Source of the DNA: Eledone cirrhosa
Taxonomy: Eukaryota
Direction: 5' to 3'
Length of the DNA stretch: 64,000 bases
NCBI GenBank assembly: GCA_964016885.1
Contig: OZ024740.1
Location: forward strand, 143,034,001-143,098,000
Position 1 is the first letter of the stretch. Each line of letters starts with the position of its first letter. The translations under genes were made by a program, and so were the position numbers. The notes below the pieces were generated by a model. The model searched no databases, was not told the origin of the DNA, and saw only the letters and a list, made by a program, of their open reading frames with translations. Of the stretch, positions 1 to 12,555 are shown in pieces.

Positions 1-51
1 ATATATATATTATATATATATATATATATATTATATATATTTATATATATA

Positions 52-96
<45 letters not shown>

Positions 97-102
97 TATA
101 TA

Positions 103-145
<43 letters not shown>

Positions 146-161
146 ATATATTATATATATA

Positions 162-231
<70 letters not shown>

Positions 232-233
232 AT

Positions 234-327
<94 letters not shown>
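1..327. repeat. Degenerate (TA)n microsatellite
   Basis: Almost pure TA dinucleotide run with occasional TTA slips. Confidence 0.98.
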
Positions 328-328
<1 letters not shown>

Positions 329-672
329 GGAGGCACATGGCTTAGTGGTTAGAGCATTGGCCTTGCAATCGAAAGGTTGTGAGTTCAATTCTCAGACCAG
401 GTGATGTGTTGCTTCCTTGAGCAAGACACTTTATTTCACATTGCTCCAGTTTACTCAGCTGTAGAAATGAGATGATAGGGACTGGGGTCCCTATCATTCC
501 ACTGCTAAGTGGTCGTGGAGGTGCCACGGCAAAAAAGCACCCAGCACTCACTGTAAATGAGGTTGGTGTTAGGAAGGGCATCCAGCTGTAGAAATCAAGC
601 CAGAATCAGTTCCCGTCCCACCCTTGCAAGCAGGGAAAAGTGAACGTAAAATGAAATGATGATGATGATGAT
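328..672 (+). mobile_element. tRNA-derived SINE (family S1) with RTE-B-type 3' tail
   Basis: Head GGAGGCACATGGCTTAGTGGTT (A-box-like) and GAGTTCAATTC (B-box-like). Ends CCCACCCTTGCAAGCAGGGAAAAG..(ATG)n, matching the RTE-B end at about 30297-30347. Five copies in the window. Confidence 0.88.
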
Positions 673-722
673 ATATATATATATATATGTGGAACACGGA
701 CGGTAAACGTTGATGATGATGA

Positions 723-937
723 TGGGTAAGGATCCCCTTTGGGCACGAATGACCATGGGATTTGCACCTAGAAAGTTCCCCTCCGATGCACAAGTCCAGG
801 CAAGGTTGTTTGTGGAAGCCCAGCAGTTGCCCATGCATACCAGTCTCCCCTCTCCATGTCACCGATGTTGTCCAAGTGACGTCACAACTCTGCAGCTGAA
901 TCCACAACGCTTTATCCAGTAAGCCATGCACCTTCAC
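723..937 (-). mobile_element. Internally deleted SINE-like repeat
   Basis: Minus strand starts GAAGGTGCATGGCTTA, resembling the S1 head. Flanked by (ATG)n and (TA)n. Confidence 0.5.
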
Positions 938-951
938 ATGTATATATATAT

Positions 952-1500
952 ATCATCATCATCATCATCAACGTTTAACGTCCGTGTTCCACGCTTGCAT
1001 GGGTTTGGACGGGGGTAGTCCCACTTGAGGCAAGAGTGATTGTCTTGCTCGCATAGGACTGTCTGGCAGGTTTTCTACAGTTGGATGCCCTTCCTAACAC
1101 CAACCACATTTACAGTGTGGGTCTGGGAGGTTTTTACTGTGTTGCCTACACGGCCACATTACAGCGTGGACTGTGTGTTTTTTTGTCGTGACACCTACAC
1201 GATCTCATTTGTTTCGGCCTGGATGGCGCGGCACCAACATAACTTTACATAGAACGGGGTGGTGTGGATGGGGTGGGGGGGGGGTGCGGGGACGGGGTGT
1301 ATTTTGTTAGAGATGCCTACTAGCAAGGCGGGTCTTCTCTGTTACTGAGTACCGCCAAAGGTCTCGGTCCAGTGACATTGTCTTGGAGAGGTGTAAGTGT
1401 GTGATGTCGGAGTTTATCAGCTCGTCCCAGGTTTTTCTAGGTCTGCCTATTCCATGGCTACCGTCTATCTTTATTGCCCTGCACTTTGTTATACAGCTAT
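952..1500 (-). mobile_element. RTE-clade LINE family A, 3' end (ORF C-terminus, 3'UTR, tail)
   Basis: Encodes [30 protein letters not shown]. (ATG)n tail. Nearly identical to 41642-42195 and 32720-33303. Confidence 0.92.
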
Positions 1501-1507
1501 ATATATA

Positions 1508-3412
1508 TGGTGGGACACGATGGTCACCCGGATAGTAAACCAAGTAATACAGATTGGGGTCATACCAAATGACTAGTGTAGCAGCCTCATCATTAACTGC
1601 TTCAAGGGCAAAAGAGACGCTCTAGATAGAAAGCTATAGTGGCATTAAGTTAGTTGGCCAGGTCATGAAGGTCACTGAAAGAATTATTGCACAACTGATT
1701 AGAGACTGAATTGATCTGGATGAAATGCAGTTTGGGTTTGTGCCAGCTAAAAGTACCATGGATGCTCTCTTCCTTGTACAGCAACTACAGGAGAAGTACC
1801 TAGCTAAAAGTAAACCCCTCTAATTAGCTTTTGTTGACTTGGAGAAAGCCTTTGACACAGTCCCCCGCTCCATTATCTGGTGGGCTCTTAGAAAACTAGG
1901 AGTAGATGAGTGGTTTGTGATAGCTATACAAGCCATGTATAGAGGAACAGTCAGCAACGTTAGAATTAACAATAAATATAGTGAAGAATTTAGCGTAAAA
2001 GTAGGTGTTCACCAAGGCTCCATCCTTAGCCTCCTCCTGTTTATTATTGCCCTACAAGCTATAACAGAAGAGTTTAAGACCCATGGGAACTTCTATATTC
2101 AGATGATCAAACTCTTATAGCTGAATCTAATCCTGAACTTGAGAAGAAATTCCAAACATGGAAGCATGGCCTAGAATCAAAAGTTAACTAAAGTTCTAGT
2201 ATGTAGAAAGGAAAATAGGGCACAGGTGCCCTCTGGGAAATGGCCATGCTCAGTGTGTAGAAAAGGAGTAGGTAGAAATTCCATTCTATGCCCCAAATGT
2301 AAACTATGGGTACATAAAAGATGTAGCGGGATCACAGGCAAACTACTAAGAATGTAGATTTTATATATAGCCGATGCTCAGGTGCAGTAAATAGTAAGTG
2401 CCCACTGGATACTAGCTCCTTCAACTGCCCAGACACATTCTGTTACCTGGGTGACAAAATCAGCAGTGGAAGAGGGTGTTCTGAAAGTACAGTAGCCAGA
2501 GTTAGAATGGGATAGAAAAGTTCAGAGAGCTAATACTGCTGTTGGCCACAAAAGGTCTCTCTCTAAAAATGAAAGGTAGATTGTATGATGCTTGTATATG
2601 AACAGCAATGTTACATGGCAGTGAGACCTAGACATTGTGTGCAGAGGACCTGCGCAGATTGGAAAGGAACAAAGCATGCATGCTCCTATGGATGTGTAAA
2701 AGTAGTATACACAAAAGGTAAAACGTAAACTAACTAAGTGAGAAATTAGGAATAAGAGGAATCAGATGCAGTTTACTTGAAAGGAGATTATGTTGGTATG
2801 GTCATATGATGCGTATGAAGGACGACAGCTGTATAAAAAAGTGCAGGGCGATCAAAACTGATGGAAGCTATGGAGTAGGTAGACCCAGAAAAACCTGGAA
2901 TGAGATGATAAAATTTGACCTTGCACATTTGCACCTCTAAGACAATGTCACTGGATGAATATCATTGCCGTTATGCAGTAATACGGAAGACCCGCCTTCC
3001 CTTACGTACGAACTTAAACCTACAGTCAGTAGACACCTCTTAACCCAATATACACCCTACCCCACACCCCTACTCCATTCTCCCACTTCCACCCACACCA
3101 CCCTTTCACTGTAAAGTTATGTTGGTACCTTAGAACATCCAGTCCACATTGTAGAGTGGTCGTGTAGGTGTCACGACAGAAAGTACCCAGTCCACACTGT
3201 AAAGTGGTCATGTGGGAGACACTGTAAAAAGGCTCCCAGTCCACACTGTAAATGTGGTTGGTGTTAGGAAGGGCATCCAGCCATAGAAAACCAGCCAGGT
3301 ACAGTCCTATACGAGCAAGACATAATCACCTGATCCAACTTGCCTCAAGTGGGACAAACCTGTCTAACTCATGTTAGCGTGGAAGATGGGCATTAAACGA
3401 TGATGATGATAT
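1508..3412 (+). mobile_element. RTE LINE family A, 5'-truncated and decayed
   Basis: RT motifs LEKAFD.VPR and VGVHQGS.LS with frameshifts and stops. Collinear with 26545-28150. (ATG)n tail. Confidence 0.92.
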
Positions 3413-3447
3413 ACATATACACACACACACATATATATATATATATA

Positions 3448-3620
3448 ACACGGTAAAAAGTTCCCAGTTCCACACTGTAAATGTGGTTAGTGTTAGGAAG
3501 GGCATCCAGCCGTAGAAAACTGCCAGATAGTCCTATATGAGCGAGACACGGTCACCCGACCAACCGTCTAACCCATGTTAGCGTGGAAGATGGATGTTAA
3601 ACGAAGATGATGATGATGAT
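3448..3620 (+). mobile_element. RTE-A 3'UTR/tail fragment
   Basis: Repeats the CACTGTAAATGTGGTT..TTAGGAAGGGCATCCAGC block and the (ATG)n tail. Confidence 0.8.
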
Positions 3621-4113
3621 ATATATATATACATATATATATATGAAGGAGATTTTTGGTGCTGTTTCTAGCAAGCTGTAATGACATAGAATTCCCTTAT
3701 GTTGGACAAAATGTATTTCTTCTTGTATTGAGTCACTGATATTTGCATGTTATTAGCTTCTTGAGATGACTTTTGATTGACTTGGTTCTGTTACAAGATC
3801 ATCATAGTAAATGTTGTCAACTGAAGATTTTCTGACTTACCCTATCGATAATGTAGCTAGAATGGAGAATCAAACCTGTTTTATAGGTTGAATTTACTGA
3901 GATTTTATGAGTGTACTACCTGTGTTATGAAGATGATAATGTTGTGGAAAAATACACAACAATGAAAACGCTTGTATTGTATTGTTAACTTCACCTAAAT
4001 CAACTTGTTTCATTTCTTACAATATCCTACAGTCTAAACTCTAGGGTAAGCATTCTGTCCAATTTCTCTAAGACTGTATCATAATTTTGCACCTACTTTC
4101 CAAAGTAGATTCA

Positions 4114-4452
4114 CCTACGACAAAAGTACCCACAGCACACTGTAAAATGGTTGCGTAGGTGTCACGATAAAAAGCACCCAGCGCACACTATAAAGTGGAC
4201 ATGTAGGTGTCATGATAAAAAGCACCCACCCTACACTGTAAAGTGGTTGTGTAGGTGTCGTGATAAAAAGCACCCAGTACTCGCTGTAAATGAGGTTGGT
4301 GTTAGAAATATCATCCAGCTGTAGAAACCCAGTCAAAATCAGTTATGTATGAGCAAGACATGGTACCTGACCTAGCATTGCCCACAACAGGACAACTCAT
4401 CTAACCCATGCTAGTGTGGAAAATGGACGTAAAACTGTAATGATGATGATGA
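4114..4452 (+). mobile_element. RTE-type 3'UTR fragment with about four 48-bp tandem modules
   Basis: Repeated AAAAAGCACCCAG..CACTGTAAAGTGG..GTAGGTGTC units then the shared tail. Similar at 42940-43166 and 52200-52480. Confidence 0.75.
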
Positions 4453-4779
4453 TTTCCCTACTGGCATGGTTTTAATGAAGTCACCACTGTCTGACTCACT
4501 TCTTATTCTCAGTTGCTGTCCTCCCAGATAGATCAAAGGATGATATCTCACCTATATGTTCCATATTCAGCATAGTTTCTATGGCTGGATCCCCTTCCTA
4601 ACAGCAACTGCTTTACAGAGTGTATTGAGTACATTTTTTGTGGAAAATAACTGTAGTGAGATTGTAACAGTCCTTTTAATTGATTCTTTGGGTCAGTTAA
4701 GTAATATTGTAACCTCTTGTCCTCCACACCTCTTAAACCACTGTACCTTTTACTCTCTTCTAGAAAAAAACATATATAT

Positions 4780-5155
4780 CTATCAACACTATTTGACTAT
4801 CAACACTATCTGACTATCAACATTATTAGACTATCAACACTATCTGACTATCAACACTATCAGACTATCAACACTATCAGATTATCAATAAATCAGATAT
4901 GATATTTGTATTATTAGTCAACACTATCAGACTGCCTGTATTATCTGGCATCAGATCTGATTCGGAATCGGATCTAATCTGACATCTGATCTGATGCTTG
5001 TATGATTAGTTAACACTATCAGACTGCTTGAATTATCGGTTCTGATCTGGCATCAGTTCTGATCCGTGGTCTATTCTGATCCAGCATCGGATTTGATGTC
5101 TATTTTATTAGTCAACACTATTAGACTGCCTGTATTATCGGATCTGATCCGGGAT
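4780..5155. repeat. 17-bp minisatellite (CTATCAACACTATCAGA-like) grading into three ~95-bp units
   Basis: Direct tandem units visible at 4780-4890. Longer GATCTGAT-rich units at 4905-5155. Confidence 0.8.
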
Positions 5156-6365
5156 CGGATTAACACAGCTCTCTAGCTCATCTTGGCTTAGCTTAGCTCT
5201 TTCCACACTACCAATATTGTCCAAGGGAAAGGCAAAAGCTGATACAACTTGGCACCATTGTTGTTGCAGCCCATTATATTTTCCAGCTTAGTGGATTATG
5301 AGCATTGTAAAAGTAAAGTGTCTTGCTTAAGGAAACAACACACTTCTTGTTCCAGGAATTGAACTCACAGCCTCAGTCACAAGCCTACTACCCTTACAAC
5401 TGAGATTTAAGGGAATTGTCATCACCATTTCTCAGGAACGTGAACATTGGTTAACACTCCCGACACACACATCTGCTCTCAATACACACGCACACCTGCT
5501 CCCAATATACACACACACCTGCTTCCAATACACACAGACAGCTGCTCCCAATACACACACACACACCTACTTCCAATACACAGTCACATGTTCCCAATAC
5601 ACACTCTCACACACACATACCTACCTGCAATACACATTTCACCTGTGGCTTAATTAAGGAACAAACAAAAGAATCATAATTACGTCACCTTCTCTCCTGA
5701 AACTCTGAGATAACTGCACACCACTACTTCTTTAGGAGACAATATATTATCTAAGGGTTTCCGCTTCGGTCTGCTGATATAAGGGGGAAAATAAAAATAA
5801 TAATATATATATATACATTGTTTTTTTTTAGCAGTGCCTCGGTGAGTCAAATTTTCTATTCCATTTTTTTTTTAATGTCCCCTTAACAAACTTAGCGTCT
5901 TGATCTTTTATTCCAAATTTTTTTTTAAATGTACCTTTAACAAACTTAGTGTCCTGATCTTAATTTCCTATATTTTTTAAATGTGCTTTAACAAACTTTA
6001 ATATTTACTTTGCATACTTCTGTGACGTATACCACATATCTCTTAAGCCTGCCATTATTGGCTGTCTCTTACCCTTAAATCTACCTTGTGGATCGTTTTA
6101 GCCATAACGTTAATATTTAGTTTATTAGATTGTTTTTTATTTAGCAGTTCCTTGGTGAGACAAATTTTATATTCCAATTGTTTTTTTAAATGTCCCTTTA
6201 AGTTTATTAGATCATTTTTTTGTTTAGCAGCACACCAGCTATTTCAGAGCACCAACACAAATTTCTAATTGATGATAGGCCGGCAACCGCTCTGTATATA
6301 AATATGTTTCAACAGCTCATAAACATAACTGTATATATGTATATATATATGTATATATATACATA

Positions 6366-8210
6366 TATCATCATCATCATTTTACATCCGTTTTCCTTGC
6401 TTGCAAGGGTGGGATGGGTCCTTTTCAGCATCTCTCCATTTGTCATGGTCCTTCGTCATCTCCTCTGTGAGCTTCAGTGATCTAAGGTCAGCTCCCACCA
6501 CCTCCGCCCATGATTTACGTGGTCTTCCTCTACTGCATCTTGTTTCCACTGGGATTTCTTGGCGCTTCTTTACCCAGCAGTCAACCTCTATGTGCATCAC
6601 ATGTCCATGCCAATGCAGTCTTCTCTCAACTCGTCTTTGCTTGGTCGTTCAGGCGCATTGACATTGCACATTCAACGAAGCATGCTTGCTTCATTTCTCT
6701 CCGGCCTTTGCATATCCTGAGCAATTGATGCCCATGTCTCACTTCCATACAGCATCGCACATCTCACACGCATCATATAACCAGCCTTTCATTTGTAAGG
6801 AGAAACCCTTCTTTGTCAACAGAAGAAGGAGCTCCCTAAATTTCTTCCAACCCGTCCTTATTCTAGATACTACGACCTCGGAGCACCCTCCTCTCTTGCT
6901 AATCTGATCACTTAGGTACTGGAAGCTATCAACCACCTCTATAGATCCTACCTGTATTTAAAAAATGTGTCTATCACTGTCACTTCCACTATCAAATTTC
7001 CTTGAACATCTACTGCATGTGTAGTTTTCCCCTACCTGTTAGTTTGCCTGCTATCCCACTACACCTCTTGTGTACCCAAGATCTGCATTGTGTACATTCT
7101 ATAGAATTTATGCCAACACCTTTTCTACATATCGAACATGGTCATTTCCCTGATGGAATCAGAGTTTTGTCCTTTTTCCTAATTATCAACACTTTAGTCT
7201 TAGCTAGGTTTACTCTCTGTCCTCTTGATTCCAACTGCTGTTTCTATAGCCAGAATTTATTCTCTAGCTCTTAAAGTCCTCTGTTATGGCTTGGAGAACT
7301 ATAATGAATAAGAGTGGGCTGAGGACCGAACCATGATGCACTCCTACTTGTATCTGGAATTCCTCACTAAACTCCATTCCTACCCTTACTTTACTGACAG
7401 CACCTTTGTACAAAGTTTGCACTGTCTTCACAAGCCATTCCTCAACACAGTTACCTTAGGGACCACCAGATGACAGATCGGGGTACCCTATCAAAGGTCT
7501 TCTCTAGGTCAACAAAAGCTAAGTATAGTGGCTTATTCTTCTCTAAGAACTTCTCTTGTAATTGTCTCACCAAGAAGAGGGCATCTGTTGTACTTTTCTC
7601 TGGCACAAAACCAAACTGCATCTCATCTAATTTGACCCTTTCTTTAATTAGTTGTGCTAGCATTCTTTCTGTCACTTTCATAACCTGATCCATCAGTTTT
7701 ATGCCCCTATAATTGCTCCTCTCCAGAGCATCCCCTTTAACTTTATAAGAATTTATAAGAATACTGCTGCACCAGTCTTTGGGTATGACTCTGCCATATA
7801 TAACTTGATTGACGATGCGAGCAACTAGTTTAGTTCCTACTTCTGATGCCTTCAGCATCTCAGCAACTATCCCCGACGGTCCAGTGGCCTTACCACTTTT
7901 CATTTCCTTAATTGCCTCTTGGACCCATAGTCATCAATCTTAGTAGCCGGTCCCTCTGTTGGGTCTACTGGGGGTAGTTTCTCTCTCTCCCATTCATTCT
8001 GAACATTCATCAGTCTCTCATAATGATATTTCCAGGCCTCCTTTTTATGAGCATTAGTTACACTAAGTGCACGAGCATCATTTCGGGCACACTTATCTTT
8101 AACAACATCCTGATTTACACTGACACACTGCCTTGCAATGTGGAACACCGTACATCCCTGATCTTCTCGTCATAGAGCATTGCCAAACCCCCTACTCTCA
8201 GCTTCCTACA
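6366..8210 (-). mobile_element. RTE LINE family B, 5'-truncated and decayed
   Basis: ORF pieces GKATGPSGIVAEMLK, QFGFVP, LAFVDLEK.FDRVPR, GRPRKSW. Tail CCCTTGCAAGCAAGGAAAACGG(ATG)n. Confidence 0.93.
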
Positions 8211-8320
8211 TATATATATATATATATAACGAAGGAAATGTGGTATGGAACCAGGTGGACCATAACGCACCAAAGTACTCAATACTTAGGGTAGTAGAGT
8301 GGGTAATAGGAACCAGTAAG

Positions 8321-8414
8321 ACCCCGACGGCTGAGCTCAAGCCGTTTCGACGGCTAATTCTGGACTAAATGAAAATTTATCCTGGTATTTAAATAGCCGA
8401 GCTTCTCAAAGGGT
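8321..8414 (-). ncRNA. Type I hammerhead ribozyme motif (left-arm copy)
   Basis: Reverse complement of 10478-10571 with one C>T change in stem I giving a G-U pair. Confidence 0.65.
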
Positions 8415-8776
8415 AATTCCATATATGGTCAAAGTGATTGTCAAAAGGTAGTAGTAATTCTGTGATTGCAAATTAGTAGGGGAGATGGTGGCTAAACCTG
8501 CCAGTAGGAGAAAAAGGGGAGGGGGTGGAGTAGACCCAATCATGCGTTGGTAGTGCCAGCTACAGCTGGGCATGAGGTCAAAGAAGATACTGGGGTGGGG
8601 GAGGGGGAGGAAGTTGAAACGGTAGGTAGAACAATGAGGGGTAAAAAATATATATATGAAAGAAAAAATACTAAGTGATGAAAAGCGAATAAGTGTAAAG
8701 AAAAAAGAGTATAAAAGCAAGTTCTACGACCTAAGTCTCTAGCTATTGTTAGACTAGAAAAATAAATAAATAAATA

Positions 8777-8808
<32 letters not shown>

Positions 8809-10033
8809 AATAAAGAAATAACGAAATAAGTAAATAAACTAGGTGGGACGGAATAGGAAAGGACCCTTTTAAGAGGTATAAGTACGTAAATCATATGGTG
8901 ACGGGTCAACAAATGGGGCCAAAATACTAAAGAAACTACCACAAAATAAATAATAAAGGTTTCTATCCCGGGCACAAGGCCAGCAACCGCCCAGTGCAGC
9001 AAAGTGAACTAGTACTAGATACTAATTCTGAGTCCCGAAAAAAAATATATACTAATGCTAACTCTAAAGGTACCGCCGCACTACATAAGATCTTATACAA
9101 GCTACATGAAAGTTCGTACGAAGTAAAGGTAGAATACGGAAAAATAAATTCAGAATCCACCCCGCCCAAAAGAAAAGAGAAGAAAGAAATACTGAAACGA
9201 GAAAATAAGGCATAAGTGCCACTAAGAAATATAGAAGGCACGGAAAATAGGGGGAGCGGTCGGAAAAGGGGGCAAGTATCCGGGGTCTAACACAACTGCT
9301 ATAAAAAGCGGAGTCCGCCAAATCTATCATAGACTAGGGGAGGGGGTTGGGGTACTGAGGCTACAAGGGGCCAAAGGGCAGCCTCGGGTGGGCGAGAAAA
9401 GACGCCGACAAAGAAGAAGAACTGGGGTAGAAGGACAAGGAGGGATGGGGGGAAGAGGGAAATAAAGGAAGCGATAAAAGAATAAAAAGAAGATCTTACG
9501 TCTCCCTTGGCAAGCATGGGTTACCCATTGCAAAATGGGCAAGTGGGGTATTATAGCTTTTTATAGCAGTTGTGTTAGACCCCGGATACTTGCCCCCTTT
9601 TCCGACCGCTCCCCCTATTTTCCGTGCCTTCTATATTTCTTAGTGGCACTTATGCCTTATTTTCTCGTTTCAGTATTTCTTTCTTCTCTTTTCTTTTGGG
9701 CGGGGTGGATTCTGAATTTATTTTTCCGTATTCTACCTTTACTTTGTACAAACTTTCATGTAGCTTGTATAAGATCTTTTGTAGCGCGGCGGTACCTTTA
9801 GAGTTAGCATTAGTATATATTTTTTTCGGGACTCAGAATTATTCACTTTGCTGCACTGGGCGGTTGCTGGCCTGGTGCCCGGGATAGAAACCTTTATTAT
9901 TTATTTTGTGGTAGTTTCTTTAGTATTTTGGCCCCATTTGTTGACCCGTCACCGTATGATTTACGTACTTATACCTCTTAAAAGGGTCCTTGCCTATTCC
10001 GTCCCACCTAGTTTATTTACTTATTTCGTTATT

Positions 10034-10129
<96 letters not shown>

Positions 10130-10477
10130 TTTCTAGTCTAACAATAGCTAGAGACTTAGGTCGTAGAACTTGCTTTTATACTCTTTTTTCTTTACACTTA
10201 TTCGCTTTTCATCACTCTCAGTATTTTTTCTTTCATATATATATTTTTTACCCCTCAATGTTCTACCTACCGTTTCGACTTCCTCCCCCTCCCCCACCCC
10301 AGTATCTTCTGTGACCTCATGCCCAGCTGTAGCTGGCACTACCAACGCATGATTGGGTCTACTCCACCCCCTACCCTTTTTCTCCTACTGGCAGGTTTAG
10401 CCACCATCTCCCCTACTAATTTGCAATCACTAAATTACTACTACCTTTTGACAATCACTTTGACCATATATGGAATT

Positions 10478-10571
10478 ACCCCTTGAGAAGCTCGGCTATT
10501 TAAATACCAGGATAAATTTTCATTTAGTCCAGAATTAGCCGTCGAAACGGCTTGAGCTCAGCCGTCGGGGT
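10478..10571 (+). ncRNA. Type I hammerhead ribozyme motif with U3-A8 core
   Basis: Stem I ACCCC/GGGGT; core TTGAGAA; stem II CGGCTA/TAGCCG with long loop; GAAA; stem III CGGCT/AGCCG; GTC cleavage triplet ending at 10566. Confidence 0.7.
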
Positions 10572-10599
10572 CTTACTGGTTTTTATATATATATATTTA

Positions 10600-10641
<42 letters not shown>

Positions 10642-10654
10642 CGTATATATATGT

Positions 10655-11283
10655 CGGGTCACTCTTGAGTGCTACTGGTAACATGTAACCCAGCACAACC
10701 TGTCGCATGGTCAGGTCGTCGGCGACGAAACCAGCAACCCCACCAAGTTTACTTGGTGAGAAGGGTGATTTTGAACTCCCTGCAGGACAATAGACAAAAC
10801 CTGACAAAGGGCGGAAGATCTCATAAGGGTCAACGGCCATCCAAAAGTGTGTAAATATGTATATAGACATGTACATCTGTATGTATATGTATATGTGTAT
10901 ATACATGGGTGCATGCGTTTGTATATGTGCAGAGACATAGAAATAGTCGGGCTGGACACCCGATCGCGCGGTTAAACCACTGGGAGTGAAGGACCCCCTA
11001 GCCTTTCTCAGGGCATTCTTCTAGGAGAAGGCAACTCAGGAAACTGGGATAACTCCGATATAAAACTTGCAGATCAGTAGTTACCGATGGTTTTGATCTT
11101 TTCTTCTTTTCGGGTTATAGCTACTGTCGCTCAGAGAGTGGGATTGGCTCAGTGCACTGTCTTTCCTCACTTTAAAAAATATCTTCACGCACAGGCATTG
11201 CACGATGGAATTAATTAATAATTATTAATAATGGTATATCGTGCAATGGCCATACTCAATAACGAGGGGGCAGCCATCATCAT
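10655..11283 (+). mobile_element. Non-coding retroposon family X (probably RTE-derived, non-autonomous)
   Basis: Homologous to 36090-37258. Contains CTAGGAGAAGG.AACTC and ends GGCAGCCATCATCAT. Interrupted by a TG/TA-rich tract near 10850-10940. Confidence 0.6.
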
Positions 11284-11296
11284 GTATATATATATA

Positions 11297-12343
11297 TCAT
11301 CTTCATCATCATCTTCATCATCATCATCATCGTTTAACGTCTATCTTCCACGCTAGCATGGGTTAGACGAGAATTGTCCCACTTGAAGCAAGATTAGTTG
11401 TCTCACTCGTATAGGACTGTCTGGCAGGTTTTCTATGGCTGGATGCTCTTCCTAACACCAACCACGTTTACAGTGTGGACTGGGAGGTTTTATTTGTCGT
11501 GACACCTACACAACCTCATTTATTTAGGACTGGATGTTGTGGTACCAACATAGCTTTACAGAGAAAGGGGTGGTGTTGGTGGGGGTGGGGGAGTTGGGGT
11601 AGTGGGATGGGGGTGTATATTTGATTAAGAGGTGCCTACTGACTGTAGGTTTTGCTTTGTACTTACGCAAGGCGGGTTTTTTGTATTACTGCGTAGCGCC
11701 AAAGATCTCAGTCCAGTGACATTGTCTTAGAGAGGTACAAGTGTGTAAGGTCAGAATTTATCAAATCGTCCCGGGTTTTTCTGGGTCTGCCTACTCCGTG
11801 GCTACCATCTATTTTGATCGCTCTGCACTTTTTTATACAGCTGTCGTCTTTCATGCGCATCACATGACCATACCAACGTAGTCTTCTCTCGAGTAAACAT
11901 CATCTGATCCCTCTTATACCTAATTTCTCACTTAGTTCATTTATGCTTTGCTGTTCAATTATATTACTATTACACATCCAACGAAGCATGCATGCTTCGT
12001 TCCTCTCCTGTCTGCGCAGATCCTCTGCACACAATGCCCATGTCTCACTGCCATGTAACATAGCTGTTCGTATGCAGGCATCATACAGTCTGCCTTTCAT
12101 TTTTAGAGAGAAACCTTTAGCGGCCAATAGTGATATAAGCTCTCTGAACTTTTTCCATCCAGTTCTGACTCTAGCTACTGTACTTTCTGAGCACCCTCCA
12201 CCACTGCTGATTTTGTCACCGAGGTATGGAAGGGGCGTCCACTATTCCTATAGAGCCATCTGGGCAATAGAAGGAGCTAGTATCCTGTGGGCACTTGCTA
12301 CTTATTGCACCTGAGCACCGGCCACATATAAAATCTACGTTTT
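11297..12343 (-). mobile_element. RTE LINE family A, 3' portion
   Basis: KGFSLKMKGRLYDACIRTAMLHGSETW, then 3'UTR and (ATG)n tail. Confidence 0.92.
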
Positions 12344-12490
12344 ATATATATATATGAATATAAATATAAATTCATCGAGAATCGCATTTCGGCGAGTAGC
12401 AAAAGCGAAACGTAATGCAAATTCCAAGTTATATATATATATATATAATACGATATTAACAAATGGAAACTATATTTATAAAACCATATT

Positions 12491-12555
12491 TATTTCATTG
12501 TGCATATTTCAAGGACACCAAGTTAAATTATGGTGTGCTTTCATCAGATAAAATA
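12491..12555 (-). ncRNA. Minimal hammerhead ribozyme motif, probably inactivated
   Basis: Minus strand: TATTTTAT CTGATGA AAGCACACCA-loop-TGGTGTCCTT GAAA TATGCA CA ATGAAATA. Stems I (8 bp) and II (9 of 10 bp) form, but the conserved U16.1 is C. Confidence 0.6.

Larger units (their letters stand above)
8211..10581. mobile_element. Long inverted repeat (arms ~8311-9309 and 9556-10581), Penelope-like pLTR arrangement, no ORF
   Basis: Arms are near-identical reverse complements including a (GAAA)n tract, with a ~246-bp spacer. Hammerhead motif at each outer end. (TA)n on both flanks. The Penelope assignment is inferred. Confidence 0.7.

Noticed and set aside
328-400. tRNA gene
   Set aside because: A/B-box-like motifs but no complete cloverleaf. 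It is the head of a multi-copy SINE.
8406-10352. Hydrophobic ORFs duplicated on both strands
   Set aside because: Low-complexity purine/pyrimidine-skewed sequence mirrored by the inverted repeat. No recognisable domain.
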